64,000 bases of DNA, from positions 12,509-76,508 of the forward strand of contig CAVYQZ010000006.1 in assembly GCA_963770755.1 (NCBI GenBank). Direction: 5' to 3'. Below the pieces are notes generated by a model. The model was not told the DNA's origin. It did not search any database and saw only the letters and a program-made list of their open reading frames with translations. Numbering within the stretch: position 1 is the first letter of the stretch; every line of letters starts with the position of its first letter. This DNA comes from Candidatus Aminicenantes bacterium. GTDB taxonomy: Bacteria; Acidobacteriota; Aminicenantia; UBA2199. The translations under genes and the position numbers were made by a program. Positions 11,930-22,684 of the stretch are shown here, one piece after another.

Positions 11930-12026
11930 TAACTTAAAGCGAATTGGCTTGGTGAACAAACAAGATAATTCGCTTTCTAAGTTACTTATCCAGCGCAGCT
12001 GGGTTAGTTAAAATCGATTGATCTGC

Positions 12027-12060
12027 AAAGGGGAGTTTGCCGCAAACTCCCCTTTTTTTT
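12027..12060 (+). terminator. Rho-independent terminator of gdhA
   Basis: GGGGAGTTTG-ccg-CAAACTCCCC followed by T8. Confidence 0.85.
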
Positions 12061-12123
12061 GCCGAAAAAACACCGCTTGAAATTTTCTCACAAATAGGAT
12101 ATAAAAACAAAAAGGAGAAAATC

Positions 12124-12723
12124 ATGGACGAAAAAAATGTTTTATTTAAAGAAATCACCCAAAAAACGCCATTTTATCAGCAGACTAAATTCTGGGCCTC
12201 GTTAATTACCATTATCGTCGGGCTTGTTTTAATCCTGGTTTTTTACAAAACCGTGATCAAGGAAACCATGAGCGATGAAGAGGTGGCGAAATCGATACAG
12301 ATCGTCTGGCATGATTCCATCTGGGTCGACAAAAAGGGCAAACCCGACGAAGCGATCATTGTGCCTTCTTTCACTTTCAAAATCAAGAACACCGGCGATC
12401 GTCCGCTGCAGCATGTTAATTTCAACTGCATTTTTATTTTTGCCGAAAGCCGGGAAAACCTGACCGATGGCTACGTGACGGCAATCAAGGAGCCACTCCC
12501 GCCGGGGGCAGTCAGCGAGGAAATTTTCGTCAAGGGTTTTTTCGGCTACAGTGCCTCGTCCAAGCCGGCTTTCATCAAAAACATGGCCAACTGGAAGGAT
12601 ATCAAGGTTAAAATCTATGCCAAGACCAAAAATTCCGGCCAGGTGCTTTTGGGAATTTTCCCGATTACAAAAAAAATTGACGGTCTCAAGATCATTTATG
12701 AGGGCCAGGAAGAGAGCCAATGA
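12124..12723 (+). CDS. Single-TM hypothetical protein with Ig-like periplasmic domain
   Basis: AGGAG RBS and ATG at 12124; one hydrophobic helix; FKIKNTG beta-sandwich pattern. Confidence 0.7.
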   Translation: MDEKNVLFKEITQKTPFYQQTKFWASLITIIVGLVLILVFYKTVIKETMSDEEVAKSIQIVWHDSIWVDKKGKPDEAIIVPSFTFKIKNTGDRPLQHVNFNCIFIFAESRENLTDGYVTAIKEPLPPGAVSEEIFVKGFFGYSASSKPAFIKNMANWKDIKVKIYAKTKNSGQVLLGIFPITKKIDGLKIIYEGQEESQ

Positions 12724-12751
12724 ACCTAGTTGATCCGGGCGTACGGATTGA

Positions 12752-15322
12752 ATGAAAAAATTATATCTGCTGCTTTTATTTTTTCTCTTTTTTTATATTG
12801 TCCTGAACGGGGCCCTGCATTTCCTGCCGCTGGATCCCTTTTTACATTTTTGGCTGAATGTCTTGCTTTTACCGATTTTCATGGCGCTGTTCCTGGTTTT
12901 TTTTAATATCACGTTTCTGAACCCCCTGCGCGAAATCAACCGCAGCTTGCTGTTTTTCAGGCAAACCGGAACCGGCCGTTTTTCCGGCCATGGCTCCGGC
13001 ATCGCGAACGAAGTCAAAGAAATCTTTGCCAGCCTGGAAAACATCTATGGCCAATTGCGAAAAAAAACAAGCGAAACCAGGGAAGCCAAGGAATTCCTGG
13101 AAAAACTGATGCAAACCACCCAGGCCATGGTGATCAAGTTTGACCGCGGCATGCATCCCATTTATATGAATGATTACGGCCTGAAAATATTCCAGGCTAA
13201 CAGTCAAGGCATCGACTCATTGCGCATTTCCGATTTTCTGGAAAAAAAATTCATCCATGAAATTATCAGCGCCTTGAAAGAAAACGACCATGTTGTTGAC
13301 AAAGAAACCATGATGCTGATGAAGACCGGGGAGAAAATCGACATTGCGTTGTCGTTTTCCATCATCCGCGATTTAAATCAGAAAGTCACCGGATACCTGG
13401 CCGTAATCGCCGATATCAGCAAGCGCAAAAAGGCCGAGATCAATTTGCGCAATCAGATCATTTTCTCGCAGCAAATATTCCAATCGATTCCGGAAATGAT
13501 CATCATCGTCGACCGCAAATTGCGCATCACCTTTTTCAATAAGCGGGCCCACGACGTGATCCAATCCGGCACGGAAAGCATCAACGGCCAAAGCCTGCAG
13601 CTGATTCTGAGCAAAATCGCCATGGAGAGCGGCTTTGACGAACTGGTGCGCAATGTCATCGAGAGCAACAACAGCGTGCATCGCATCAATACCGTCAATC
13701 CCATACTGGAAGAAGAAAGTTACGTGGATTTGATCGTCGAACCGCTGAAAAGCGGCAGGAGTAACATCGGCGGCATCATCTTGATCCGGGATATTTCCGA
13801 ATGGCGCGGCTTGACCGCCCAGCTCAGATCTTTGCAGGGCTTCATGCAAAAACTGATTAACGCCAGCCCCTATGCGGTCATTTCCATCAACAGCACCAAC
13901 CTGATCACCACCTGGAACCTGTCGGCCGAAAAAATACTGGGCGTTCCTTTCGCCGCCGCTTTCGGCCAGAACATCTACACTCTGCAGCCCCTTTTCAACA
14001 AGTACAAGGACATCATCAACGAGATCATGATCCTGAAAAAAACCATCTATCTCAATGATGAAAAAATATTCATCGGCGAGGAGGCTTTCATTGTTGCCAA
14101 CCTGACCCTGTACCCGGTGACGGACGAACAAAACGGCGTAGTCATCCATATCGAGGATATGTCGGCGCTAAAAAAACTCGAATCATCGCTGCTGCAGGCG
14201 CAAAAAATGGAATCACTGGGACTGCTGACCAGCCACATCGTCCATGACTTCAACAACCTGCTCAGCGGCATCATGGGGTACGCGTCGTTGCTGGAAAAAA
14301 AAATCGGCGATGATCCCAAAATAAAAAAATATATATCGAGTATTATCAACTCCAGTGAGAGGGCTTCGACCCTGATCGGCCAACTGCTTAACTTTTCGCG
14401 CAAGAAACTCGCTGAAAAAGAGATCGTGGACATCAACAGCCTGATCAAGGAATCCTTGGATTTCCTGTCCATGAGCCTGAAAACCATCCATCTGGACGTC
14501 CAGCTGCACCCGGGACAGATCCTGCTGCAGGCCGACAAGACAAAAATTTCCCAAATCTTGATTAACCTGCTCATCAACGCCAAGGATGCGCTGGAAACCT
14601 CTCCTCGTCCGACCATCTCCGTCAGAACCGGCCTGACCACCGTCAGCGACCACCCCAATCTCATGGACGGCCGCTACGCCCGCATCCAGGTCGGTGATAA
14701 CGGCCGCGGCATCAGCCGGGAAAACCTGGGCAGAATTTTTGAACCGTTTTTCACCACCAAGGGACAGGGTCGCGGCACCGGGCAGGGCCTGGCCATTGTG
14801 CAGGAAATCGTCAAGGATTTCAACGGCCGCATTGACGTGAAGTCGGAAATCGACCTGGGCAGCATTTTCACCATCCTGCTGCCCGTGTTGGAAACGAAAA
14901 TCGTCCAGGCTGTCGTTGAATTGAAAAAGGAGCCGGCGGCGACGTTGGAAGGCCTGGTCCTGCTCGTCGATGATGAAGACGTGGTGCGTGAAATCGGCAG
15001 CGACATGTTGAAAAACATGGGCATGAAATGCCTGACCGCCATCAACGGCAGCGAAGGCATCGATCTATTCAAGAAAAACAAGGCTGCGATCAGGTTGGTC
15101 ATCCTGGATGTTGAAATGCCGGGAATTTCCGGAGAAAAGGTATTTCAGGTTCTGAAGGAGATCGATCCCGGCGTCAAAATCCTGATTGCCAGCGGTTATG
15201 GCAAGGAATACCTGGAAACGACCGTATTTAATGGCAAGATTGAAAATTTCCTGGCTAAGCCATTCAACATCACGCAGCTTTCCTACCAGATCAGCAGATT
15301 GTTGGGCGGCAAGAATGTTTAA
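12752..15322 (+). CDS. Membrane PAS-domain hybrid histidine kinase
   Basis: Two TM helices, about three PAS domains, HDFNN H-box, NLLINA, DNGRG, FFTTK, receiver LVDDE..LDVEMP. Confidence 0.92.
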   Translation: MKKLYLLLLFFLFFYIVLNGALHFLPLDPFLHFWLNVLLLPIFMALFLVFFNITFLNPLREINRSLLFFRQTGTGRFSGHGSGIANEVKEIFASLENIYGQLRKKTSETREAKEFLEKLMQTTQAMVIKFDRGMHPIYMNDYGLKIFQANSQGIDSLRISDFLEKKFIHEIISALKENDHVVDKETMMLMKTGEKIDIALSFSIIRDLNQKVTGYLAVIADISKRKKAEINLRNQIIFSQQIFQSIPEMIIIVDRKLRITFFNKRAHDVIQSGTESINGQSLQLILSKIAMESGFDELVRNVIESNNSVHRINTVNPILEEESYVDLIVEPLKSGRSNIGGIILIRDISEWRGLTAQLRSLQGFMQKLINASPYAVISINSTNLITTWNLSAEKILGVPFAAAFGQNIYTLQPLFNKYKDIINEIMILKKTIYLNDEKIFIGEEAFIVANLTLYPVTDEQNGVVIHIEDMSALKKLESSLLQAQKMESLGLLTSHIVHDFNNLLSGIMGYASLLEKKIGDDPKIKKYISSIINSSERASTLIGQLLNFSRKKLAEKEIVDINSLIKESLDFLSMSLKTIHLDVQLHPGQILLQADKTKISQILINLLINAKDALETSPRPTISVRTGLTTVSDHPNLMDGRYARIQVGDNGRGISRENLGRIFEPFFTTKGQGRGTGQGLAIVQEIVKDFNGRIDVKSEIDLGSIFTILLPVLETKIVQAVVELKKEPAATLEGLVLLVDDEDVVREIGSDMLKNMGMKCLTAINGSEGIDLFKKNKAAIRLVILDVEMPGISGEKVFQVLKEIDPGVKILIASGYGKEYLETTVFNGKIENFLAKPFNITQLSYQISRLLGGKNV

Positions 15323-16079
15323 GGATTGGTTCATTCGCGTCGCCGCTGAACGCCTGGCCGCCCAGGCGCCGCTGCTCGGCAAGATAAAGGCCGGTCCGGA
15401 AGTATATATCAAGGCCGAAAAACTGAAGGGGTTTTCCACGAAAACCGTCAAGGAATACGCGGCTATTTTAACGGATTTCCCCAGCCATACCATTCATGCC
15501 CCCTTCATGGACGTCTGGCCCGGGGCTGTTGATGAAGATGTCCGCCGCGTGAGCCTGGAACATATGCAGCGGGTCATGGATCTGGCCTCGGCCTGGAGAA
15601 GTTTTTTGGTGGTCATGCATTTCAATTATGACCCCATTTATTACTCCCAGCATTTTCGCGGCTGGCTCGATCGCGCTGCGGAGTTTTATCAAATCCTGCT
15701 ACAGGCAAACGACGGCCCGTTCATTGCTTTGGAAAACATCGCCGAACCGACGCCGTATATTGTCCTGCAATTATTGAAAAAAATCGATCGTCCGCGCCTC
15801 ATCCACTGCTTTGATTTTGGTCACCACAACGTGTTCGCCCGCATTCCCGTGGAAGAATGGCTTTTTTATCTCGCGCCGCGCCGCCACATCCATTTCCATT
15901 TTCATGACAATTTCGGCCGCAGCGATGATCACCTGGCCATGGGCCGGGGTGGCATTGATTGGCAGGCGGCTAAAGCAGCCATCCGCGGCCTGGACCATCC
16001 ATTTTCCATCACTCTGGAACCACACTCCCCTGACGTTTTGCGTGCTTCCGCCGCGTACTACAAAAAGACGTTTCTTTGA
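15315..16079 (+). CDS. Sugar phosphate isomerase/epimerase (AP endonuclease 2 TIM barrel)
   Basis: HAPF, LEN, DFGH, HFHDN..DDH..G.G, LEPH; overlaps the kinase stop. Confidence 0.85.
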   Translation: MFKDWFIRVAAERLAAQAPLLGKIKAGPEVYIKAEKLKGFSTKTVKEYAAILTDFPSHTIHAPFMDVWPGAVDEDVRRVSLEHMQRVMDLASAWRSFLVVMHFNYDPIYYSQHFRGWLDRAAEFYQILLQANDGPFIALENIAEPTPYIVLQLLKKIDRPRLIHCFDFGHHNVFARIPVEEWLFYLAPRRHIHFHFHDNFGRSDDHLAMGRGGIDWQAAKAAIRGLDHPFSITLEPHSPDVLRASAAYYKKTFL

Positions 16080-16118
16080 TGGCCTGCCTGCGCGGGCGGG
16101 CGGATGCGCCGGGTGAGA

Positions 16119-16460
16119 TTATTTGGTGTGTTTTTCTTCCCGCAGCCTGACAAATTCAAGGTACGCCGGCGGCGGATCCATGATCAGGATACCCAGTTTT
16201 CCTTTTTCATTCCCGGCCGTGCCGGGATCGATACTCCAGCGCACGCTGCCTTTCATGGCCACTTTTTCGCCCTTGATCGTCATGACCACTTCGATCTCCT
16301 TGTAGGTTGGGATAAAATGCCCGCCACTTACGGAAATTCCGCTGGCGGAAATGTCGGTCAACAGGCAACTGTAGCTCAAGCCGTCGTTGTTTATGGTGAT
16401 TTCCACTTTATCCTGATTGTCCGGCAAAGTTCTTTTCCTCATCTTCCGCCTCCATTCCAA
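16119..16460 (-). CDS. PilZ domain protein
   Basis: RRKMR (RxxxR) and DISASG (DxSxxG). Confidence 0.8.
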   Translation of the reverse strand: MEWRRKMRKRTLPDNQDKVEITINNDGLSYSCLLTDISASGISVSGGHFIPTYKEIEVVMTIKGEKVAMKGSVRWSIDPGTAGNEKGKLGILIMDPPPAYLEFVRLREEKHTK

Positions 16461-16654
16461 TTCTTGTTTTTATTAACATAAAAATAAATCCATTTCAAGG
16501 GTCATGCGTTCAACTGCCGCCCGGAATTTTTCATTGTCTTCTTTACATCCGTTTTTGAAAATTGTACAATGTCAGGGTTAGAGGGTTCATGGTTCAACCC
16601 CGATCGGCTTCAAACGCTTATGCCGGGGATGGCCTTCAGGAGGATCAAGCGACA

Positions 16655-17896
16655 ATGAGCGAAAACCGAATCGTGATAACTGGACTGGGCGCCGTAACCC
16701 CAGTCGGCATTGGTATTGAAGCGTTCTGGCGGGGATTGCTGGCCGGGAAAAACGGCATCGCCCGGGTCAGTCAATTCGATCCAAGTGGATATCGTTCGCA
16801 GTTGGCGGCTGAAGTCAAGGACTTCGATCCCCTGCAATGGATCGACAAGAAATCGTTCGAGCGCATGGACCGTTTTGCCGTGTTCGCCGTGGCCGCCGCG
16901 GCCATGGCTATGAAGGATGCCGGCCTGGAAAACAAAACGTTCAACGGGGAGCGGGCCGGGGTCATTATCGGTTCCGGGATCGGCGGATCCGCTACGATTG
17001 AAGAAGGCCATTACCGGATCCAGGAGAAAGGGCCCAAGTCCCTGACACCCTTCTTCGTATCCAAAATACTCATCAACATGGCGGCGTGCATGGTCTCCAT
17101 TCGCTTCGGCCTGAAGGGGCCCCTGTCGGCACCGTCCGTCGCCTGTTCGACCGGAGCCAATGCCATCGGTGACGCCTTCAGGATACTGCAGCGCGGTGAC
17201 GCCGATATCATGCTGGCCGGAGGCAGCGAGGCGGCCGTAACCCCACTGGCCTATGCCGGTTTCTGTGCCACGCGGTCGATGTCTGCGAATACTGATCCCG
17301 AAACCGCCTGCCGGCCTTTTGATCGCCTTCGCGACGGTTTTGTAATGGGCGAAGGGGCCGGCGTGGTCGTCCTTGAACGGCGCGAACATGCCGTCCAGCG
17401 CCAGGCCAGGATCTATGCCGAACTGGTCGGCTATGGCAATACTGCCGACGCCTATCATTTCACCGCTCCGGAGCCCCGGGGCGACGGCATGATCAGGGTC
17501 ATCAAGGCAGCCCTGAAGGATGCGGCGATCACCCCCGCAGAAATTGACTATATCAATGCCCACGGCACGTCGACTGTCGCAAACGATAAAGTCGAAAGTG
17601 CCGCCATCATCAATGTATTCGGCGACCAGGCGCGGACATTGAAGGTCAGCTCAATCAAATCGATGATCGGCCACCTGCTGGCGGCAGCCGGGGCGGTGGA
17701 ATTCATCGCCACGGTGATGAGCGTGCACAGCGGCATCGTGCCGCCGACGATCAACTTCCGGGAACCCGATCCCGACTGCCCCCTGGACTACGTGACCCAG
17801 GGCGCAGAAAAGCTGGCGGTGCGCTTTGCTGCCAGTAATTCATTCGGCTTTGGCGGCGGCAACGCCTGCCTGGTCATCAAGAAATGCGAGGATTAA
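16655..17896 (+). CDS. fabF: 3-oxoacyl-ACP synthase II
   Basis: VACSTG, NAHGTST, KSMIGHLL, SNSFGFGG; start at MSENRIVITG. Confidence 0.95.
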   Translation: MSENRIVITGLGAVTPVGIGIEAFWRGLLAGKNGIARVSQFDPSGYRSQLAAEVKDFDPLQWIDKKSFERMDRFAVFAVAAAAMAMKDAGLENKTFNGERAGVIIGSGIGGSATIEEGHYRIQEKGPKSLTPFFVSKILINMAACMVSIRFGLKGPLSAPSVACSTGANAIGDAFRILQRGDADIMLAGGSEAAVTPLAYAGFCATRSMSANTDPETACRPFDRLRDGFVMGEGAGVVVLERREHAVQRQARIYAELVGYGNTADAYHFTAPEPRGDGMIRVIKAALKDAAITPAEIDYINAHGTSTVANDKVESAAIINVFGDQARTLKVSSIKSMIGHLLAAAGAVEFIATVMSVHSGIVPPTINFREPDPDCPLDYVTQGAEKLAVRFAASNSFGFGGGNACLVIKKCED

Positions 17897-17897
17897 C

Positions 17898-18965
17898 ATG
17901 ACGATTCCGAAACTGAAAATCGGCAACATTACGGCCGAGATCCCGATTGTCCAGGGCGGCATGGGCGTGCGGGTCTCGCTTTCCTCCCTGGCATCGGCAG
18001 TGGCCAACGCCGGGGGCATCGGCACCCTGTCCAGCATCGGCCTGGGTGATTTTGTGGAATCTTTAAGCGAATACGAAAGGATTTCCCGGGAAGCGCTGGA
18101 GCGCGAGATTCGCCGGGTGAAAACAATGACCGATGGCCCGGTCGCCGTGAACTTTATGGGCGCATTGAGCAATGTCAATGATCTGATTGTGACGGCCGTC
18201 GCTGAAGGGATCAAGATCATTGTCTACGGAGCCGGCCTGCCGTCGTCCCTGCCCGAACTGGTTCCCGATCCTTCTGTTAACCTGGTGCCCATCGTCAGCT
18301 CGGCCCGGGTGGCGGAGTTGATCCTGCGCGTATGGGACAAGCGTTTCAAGCGCATCGCCGATGCCTTCATCCTGGAAGGGCCGTTGGCCGGCGGCCACCT
18401 CGGTTTTTCGAAAGAGCAGCTGGTGCAACCGCAGGAATTCTCGCTGGAGCGTCTTTTGCCGGATCTGTTGGAAACGCTGAAGGCCTATGAGGACAAATAC
18501 GGCCGGAAAATTCCGGTGATCGCCGGCGGCGGCATCTTTAGCGGCCGCGACATCGCCCGCATGCTCAATTTGGGCGCCTCGGGTGTGCAGATGGCAACCC
18601 GCTTCGTCTGTACTGTGGAATGCGACGTTGCTGCTGAATTCAAGCAGGCATATCTGGATGCCAAAGAGGAAGACATCGTCATTATCGACAGCCCGGTGGG
18701 CATGCCCGGCCGCGCTATCCGCAATGATTTTTTAAAGGAGCTGGAAGCCAAGGGGAAAATTGCGGTCAATTGCCCTTACCGCTGCCTGACCGCCTGCAAA
18801 GTCGACAAAGCCCATTACTGCATCGCCAAGGCGCTGTTGAATTCCTATTTGGGGGATGTAAAAAACGGGCTTATCTTTTGCGGCCAGAACGCCCACCGCA
18901 TTGGCAAGATCGTGACCGTAAAGGAACTTTTTAGTGAATTGATTGCCGGCATTGAGGCGGAATAA
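17898..18965 (+). CDS. Nitronate monooxygenase-family flavoprotein (FabK/FabX-like, Fe-S motif)
   Basis: PIVQGGMG, EGPLAGGH, GVQMATRF, CPYRCLTAC..YC. Confidence 0.88.
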   Translation: MTIPKLKIGNITAEIPIVQGGMGVRVSLSSLASAVANAGGIGTLSSIGLGDFVESLSEYERISREALEREIRRVKTMTDGPVAVNFMGALSNVNDLIVTAVAEGIKIIVYGAGLPSSLPELVPDPSVNLVPIVSSARVAELILRVWDKRFKRIADAFILEGPLAGGHLGFSKEQLVQPQEFSLERLLPDLLETLKAYEDKYGRKIPVIAGGGIFSGRDIARMLNLGASGVQMATRFVCTVECDVAAEFKQAYLDAKEEDIVIIDSPVGMPGRAIRNDFLKELEAKGKIAVNCPYRCLTACKVDKAHYCIAKALLNSYLGDVKNGLIFCGQNAHRIGKIVTVKELFSELIAGIEAE

Positions 18966-19039
18966 GGAAAATTTCCCTTGCTGGATTGCAATGCCGGTTC
19001 GGCATTGATTTATTTTAATTTTATTATACAGCATGAGGT

Positions 19040-21229
19040 TTGATGAGTAAGAAATCTTTTATCTTTCTATGGCTGTTGACTGGATGTTTGGCCATACCGG
19101 CAGCCGCGGCCGAGGTGCAGGCCGTGCGCGTTGCCCATGGTCCCAAAATTGACGGCCGCCTGGACGATCCTGTTTGGAGCTCCGCCATCGTCTTCAGTGC
19201 TTTCCGCATGGCCGAACCCGTTGCGGACGGGGAACCGAGCGAAAAAACCGAGCTGCGCGTCCTTTACGACGACGGCAACCTCTATATCGGCGTCCGTTGC
19301 CTGGACGGCGAGCCGGGCCGGATCGCTGCCCATTCCATGCTCCATGACAGCGGCAAGTCGCAGAATGGCTGGGGCGGCCAGGGTTCCGTCGGCACCGGTG
19401 ACGATGATGTCGTGCGCGTGCTGCTCGACCCTTTTCTGGACAAGCGCAGCGGCTATTTTTTTACCGTTAATCCGCGCGGCGCCCGCGGGGAAGGCCTGAC
19501 CTCGGGGGGCAGCTCCAGCCTCAACTGGGACGGCATCTGGGACGCGGCCGGCCATATCGACGGCAGCGGCTGGAGCGCTGAAATGAAAGTCCCCTTCAAG
19601 ACCATTCAGTTCCGTGCCGAACTGGCCACCTGGGGGATCAATGTCGAAAGGTTCATCGCCCGCAAGCAGGAGAAGATCCGCCTGGCCGGTACCGACCGCG
19701 ACAGCAATTTCTTCAATCCCATGGCGGCCGCTGCCTTGAGCGGTATAGCTGGCGTCAAGCAGGGCAAGGGTATCACCATCCGTCCCTACGGCCTGGTCAG
19801 TGTCGAGAAGGATCACGCTGCTACTTCGGGTTACCGCTGGAAACTGGACGGCGGTTTCGATGTCTACAAGAATTTTACCCCCAACCTGGTGGGTGCCTTC
19901 AGCTACAACATGGATTTTGCCGAGACCGAGGCTGACGAGCGGCGCATCAACCTGACCCGCTTCCCGCTTTTTTTCCCCGAAAAAAGGATGTTCTTCCTGG
20001 AGGGCTCGGAAACCTTCAGCTTCAGTTCCAGCGTCAGTTTTCAGCCTTTTTTCAGCCGCAAGATCGGCCTGTACCAGGGCGAACAGGTTCCGGTCCTGTT
20101 CGGCGGCAAGGTATACGGCAAGATTGGCCAGGTCAACCTGGCTTTTCTCGACGTGCAGACTGAAGAATTTTCCGGGCTGCCGGGGCGCAATTTCCTGGCC
20201 CTGCGCGTGACCCGCGACATCTTCAGCGAGAGCAAGGCAGGCTTCATTCTGACCAACGGCAGCCCGTCGGGTGAACGCAACACCCTGCTCGGGGCCGATT
20301 TCCGCTACGCCACGTCGCGCTTCCTGGGCAGCAAGAACCTCAACCTCGCCGCCTGGGCGGCCTACAACTGGAACGAAAAGATCGCGGGCAGCCATGCCGG
20401 CTTCGGTTTCCGCGCCAACTACCCCAACGACCTCTGGGACATCCAGAGCACCTACGCCTACTACGGCGAAGCGCTCGACCCCGGACTGGGCTTCATGCTG
20501 CGCCAGGGGATCCAGACCGCCTACCTGCGCATCGGCCTGCAGCCGCGTCCCGGAACGGGATGGCTGAAAAATCTGGTCCGGCAGTTCTTTTTCAATGTCA
20601 GCGGCGATTTTTACTGGGACCTGAAGGGCAACCTGGAAACCAGCCGGCTTGAAGCCATGCCCATGAGTCTCAAAACCGAAAGCGGCGAGCAATTCAGTTT
20701 CAAGGTCACGGCCAATCGCGATGTCCTGCCTGCCGCCTTCGAGGTGTCGACCGGGGTCGTCCTGCCCGCCGGGGCCTACGGCTTCACCAGCCTAAACATC
20801 TCTTTCAGCAGCGCCGCGCACCGCCGCTGGGTTTTCGACGCCGGCATCGACTTCGGTGAATTCTATTCGGGCCGCTACGAGAACGCCAGCGCCGGCCTGA
20901 CCCTCAAGTACAAGGGCTACGCCAACCTGGGGATCGACGTCAACCTGGTGCGCGGCCGACTGCCCGAAGGGGATTTCAACGAGAACGTCTTCCAGCTCAA
21001 GGCCGACATTTTTCTTTCGCCCGACATCGGCTTCATGAACTACATCCAGTACGACAGCGTCTCCAAACTGCTGGGCTGGAGCGCCCGCCTGAAGTGGCGC
21101 CTGGCGCCCGGCAACGAGCTCGCCCTGATCTACAACAAGAACTGGGAACGGCGCTGGGACCCGGCCAGCAGGTTCTATCCCTCGGAAGAGCGGGGGGTCT
21201 TCAAGCTGTCGTTGTCCATAAGGCCGTAA
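19040..21229 (+). CDS. CBM9-like plus DUF5916 beta-barrel outer-membrane protein
   Basis: Signal peptide; IDGRLDD..W, WSAEMKVPF, NMDFAETEAD..NLTRFPLFFPEKRMFFLEG. Confidence 0.85.
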   Translation: MMSKKSFIFLWLLTGCLAIPAAAAEVQAVRVAHGPKIDGRLDDPVWSSAIVFSAFRMAEPVADGEPSEKTELRVLYDDGNLYIGVRCLDGEPGRIAAHSMLHDSGKSQNGWGGQGSVGTGDDDVVRVLLDPFLDKRSGYFFTVNPRGARGEGLTSGGSSSLNWDGIWDAAGHIDGSGWSAEMKVPFKTIQFRAELATWGINVERFIARKQEKIRLAGTDRDSNFFNPMAAAALSGIAGVKQGKGITIRPYGLVSVEKDHAATSGYRWKLDGGFDVYKNFTPNLVGAFSYNMDFAETEADERRINLTRFPLFFPEKRMFFLEGSETFSFSSSVSFQPFFSRKIGLYQGEQVPVLFGGKVYGKIGQVNLAFLDVQTEEFSGLPGRNFLALRVTRDIFSESKAGFILTNGSPSGERNTLLGADFRYATSRFLGSKNLNLAAWAAYNWNEKIAGSHAGFGFRANYPNDLWDIQSTYAYYGEALDPGLGFMLRQGIQTAYLRIGLQPRPGTGWLKNLVRQFFFNVSGDFYWDLKGNLETSRLEAMPMSLKTESGEQFSFKVTANRDVLPAAFEVSTGVVLPAGAYGFTSLNISFSSAAHRRWVFDAGIDFGEFYSGRYENASAGLTLKYKGYANLGIDVNLVRGRLPEGDFNENVFQLKADIFLSPDIGFMNYIQYDSVSKLLGWSARLKWRLAPGNELALIYNKNWERRWDPASRFYPSEERGVFKLSLSIRP

Positions 21230-21250
21230 AGGCACTTCGTAACGAGTGAT

Positions 21251-21303
21251 AACACAAATCATCCACAAGCCCTGGTGGATTTGATTTGTTTATCCCCAAG
21301 GGG
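21251..21303 (+). repeat. 53-bp structured mini-element, copy 1
   Basis: aacacaaatcatcc-N12-ggatttgatttgttt-atccccaagggg, flanked by GAT/GAC. Confidence 0.85.
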
Positions 21304-21423
21304 GACGCGTAACAAGTGACGAGAGAAGAAAAGTCAGGAAATAATTCATTATGTAGGGGTTTGATTCATCAAACCCTTCAAGCGGATGCAATTTAGATTG
21401 TTGTCTGTTATGCTTGTCAACTG

Positions 21424-22494
21424 ATGAAAAACATGTTGAATGACAAACTGCAAAAAAAACTGGTACGTCTGCTGCGCAGCGCTCCCGAATTGCGTCTGGA
21501 CGCGAACCAGAAGCTGGTCATTTTTTCCGATCTGCACCTGGGCGACGGCGGCGGCAACGACGATTTTAAAAAAAATGGCGACCTGTTCCTGGCCATGCTG
21601 CGCCGCCACTACCTGCCGGAGTGTTTCACCCTGATTCTCAACGGCGACATCGAGGAATTGGCCCTCTTCCGTCTGAAGCGCATCATGACCCGCTGGAGCG
21701 GCGTCTACGGCGCCTGGGCCGAGTTCGCCGCCCGCGGCGCCTTGTTCAAGCTGGCCGGCAACCATGACCTGGCGCTGCTGCGGCGCCGTTCCGGTGACAT
21801 GCCCTTCCCGGTCAGCGAAGCGCTGAACATTCGCTGGAACGGCCAGTCGCTTTTCGTGCTGCACGGCCACCAGACCTCGCACCTGAACTGGGTTTTCCAG
21901 ACCCTGGGCATCCTGTTTTTGCGCTGGCTGCTCCAGCCCCTGGGTTTCGGCAACTACACGGTGGCCCGCAGCAGCCGCCGTCGTTTTCGCGTGGAAAAGC
22001 GTATCTACGACTTTGCCCGCCGCAAAAAGCTGCTGGCCCTGATCGGACATACCCACCGGCCGTTGTTCGAAACCCTGTCGCGCCTCGACACCCTGAAGAT
22101 CGAGATCGAAAACCTCTGCCGCAAGTATCCGCAAGCCGCCGCCGGAGAGAAGTTTGCATTGGAATCAAAGTTGACTCTCCTGAAGGAAGAATACGTCAAG
22201 CTGCAGCACAAGGACCACCGGACCCGGAGTTCCGAAAATCTCTACCACGACGGCCCATTGCTCCCCTGCTTGTTCAATTCGGGCTGCGGCATCGGCCGCC
22301 ACGGCATCACGGCCATCGAAATTGCCGGCGGCCGGGTGGCCCTGGTCTATTGGTTCGACCGCCGGCGCTCTGAAAAGTATTTGGATTTTGAAGGCTACCC
22401 GCCGCAGCCGCTCGGCGACAGCGACTATTTTCGCGTGATTCTGAAGGAAGAAGACCTGGATTATATATTCACCAGGATCAATCTTCTAGGATGA
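21424..22494 (+). CDS. Calcineurin-like metallophosphoesterase
   Basis: DLHLG, NGD, GNHD, HGH, GHTH, NSG. Confidence 0.88.
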   Translation: MKNMLNDKLQKKLVRLLRSAPELRLDANQKLVIFSDLHLGDGGGNDDFKKNGDLFLAMLRRHYLPECFTLILNGDIEELALFRLKRIMTRWSGVYGAWAEFAARGALFKLAGNHDLALLRRRSGDMPFPVSEALNIRWNGQSLFVLHGHQTSHLNWVFQTLGILFLRWLLQPLGFGNYTVARSSRRRFRVEKRIYDFARRKKLLALIGHTHRPLFETLSRLDTLKIEIENLCRKYPQAAAGEKFALESKLTLLKEEYVKLQHKDHRTRSSENLYHDGPLLPCLFNSGCGIGRHGITAIEIAGGRVALVYWFDRRRSEKYLDFEGYPPQPLGDSDYFRVILKEEDLDYIFTRINLLG

Positions 22495-22498
22495 CTTT

Positions 22499-22526
22499 GT
22501 GACGCGTAACGCGTGACACGTGACGA
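22499..22526 (+). repeat. Heptamer tandem array GT(G/A)ACRN x4
   Basis: GTGACGC GTAACGC GTGACAC GTGACGA just after the stop codon. Confidence 0.8.
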
Positions 22527-22684
22527 GGGAAGAAAAGAATTCAGAATAGAAATACAATAAAAACTTAAGAGACTTTGGTTTCTGTTTTCTGTAGGGAACT
22601 GCGTTCTCTACTGCGTACAGAAATCGTGATATTGATAAAGAGCGCGGATCTGTGTTTGCTCTGGAAGAAAATATAAAATGCTTT

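Noticed and set aside
16565-16650. Possible riboswitch upstream of fabF
   Set aside because: Some pairing is possible, but there is no recognisable aptamer consensus or expression platform.
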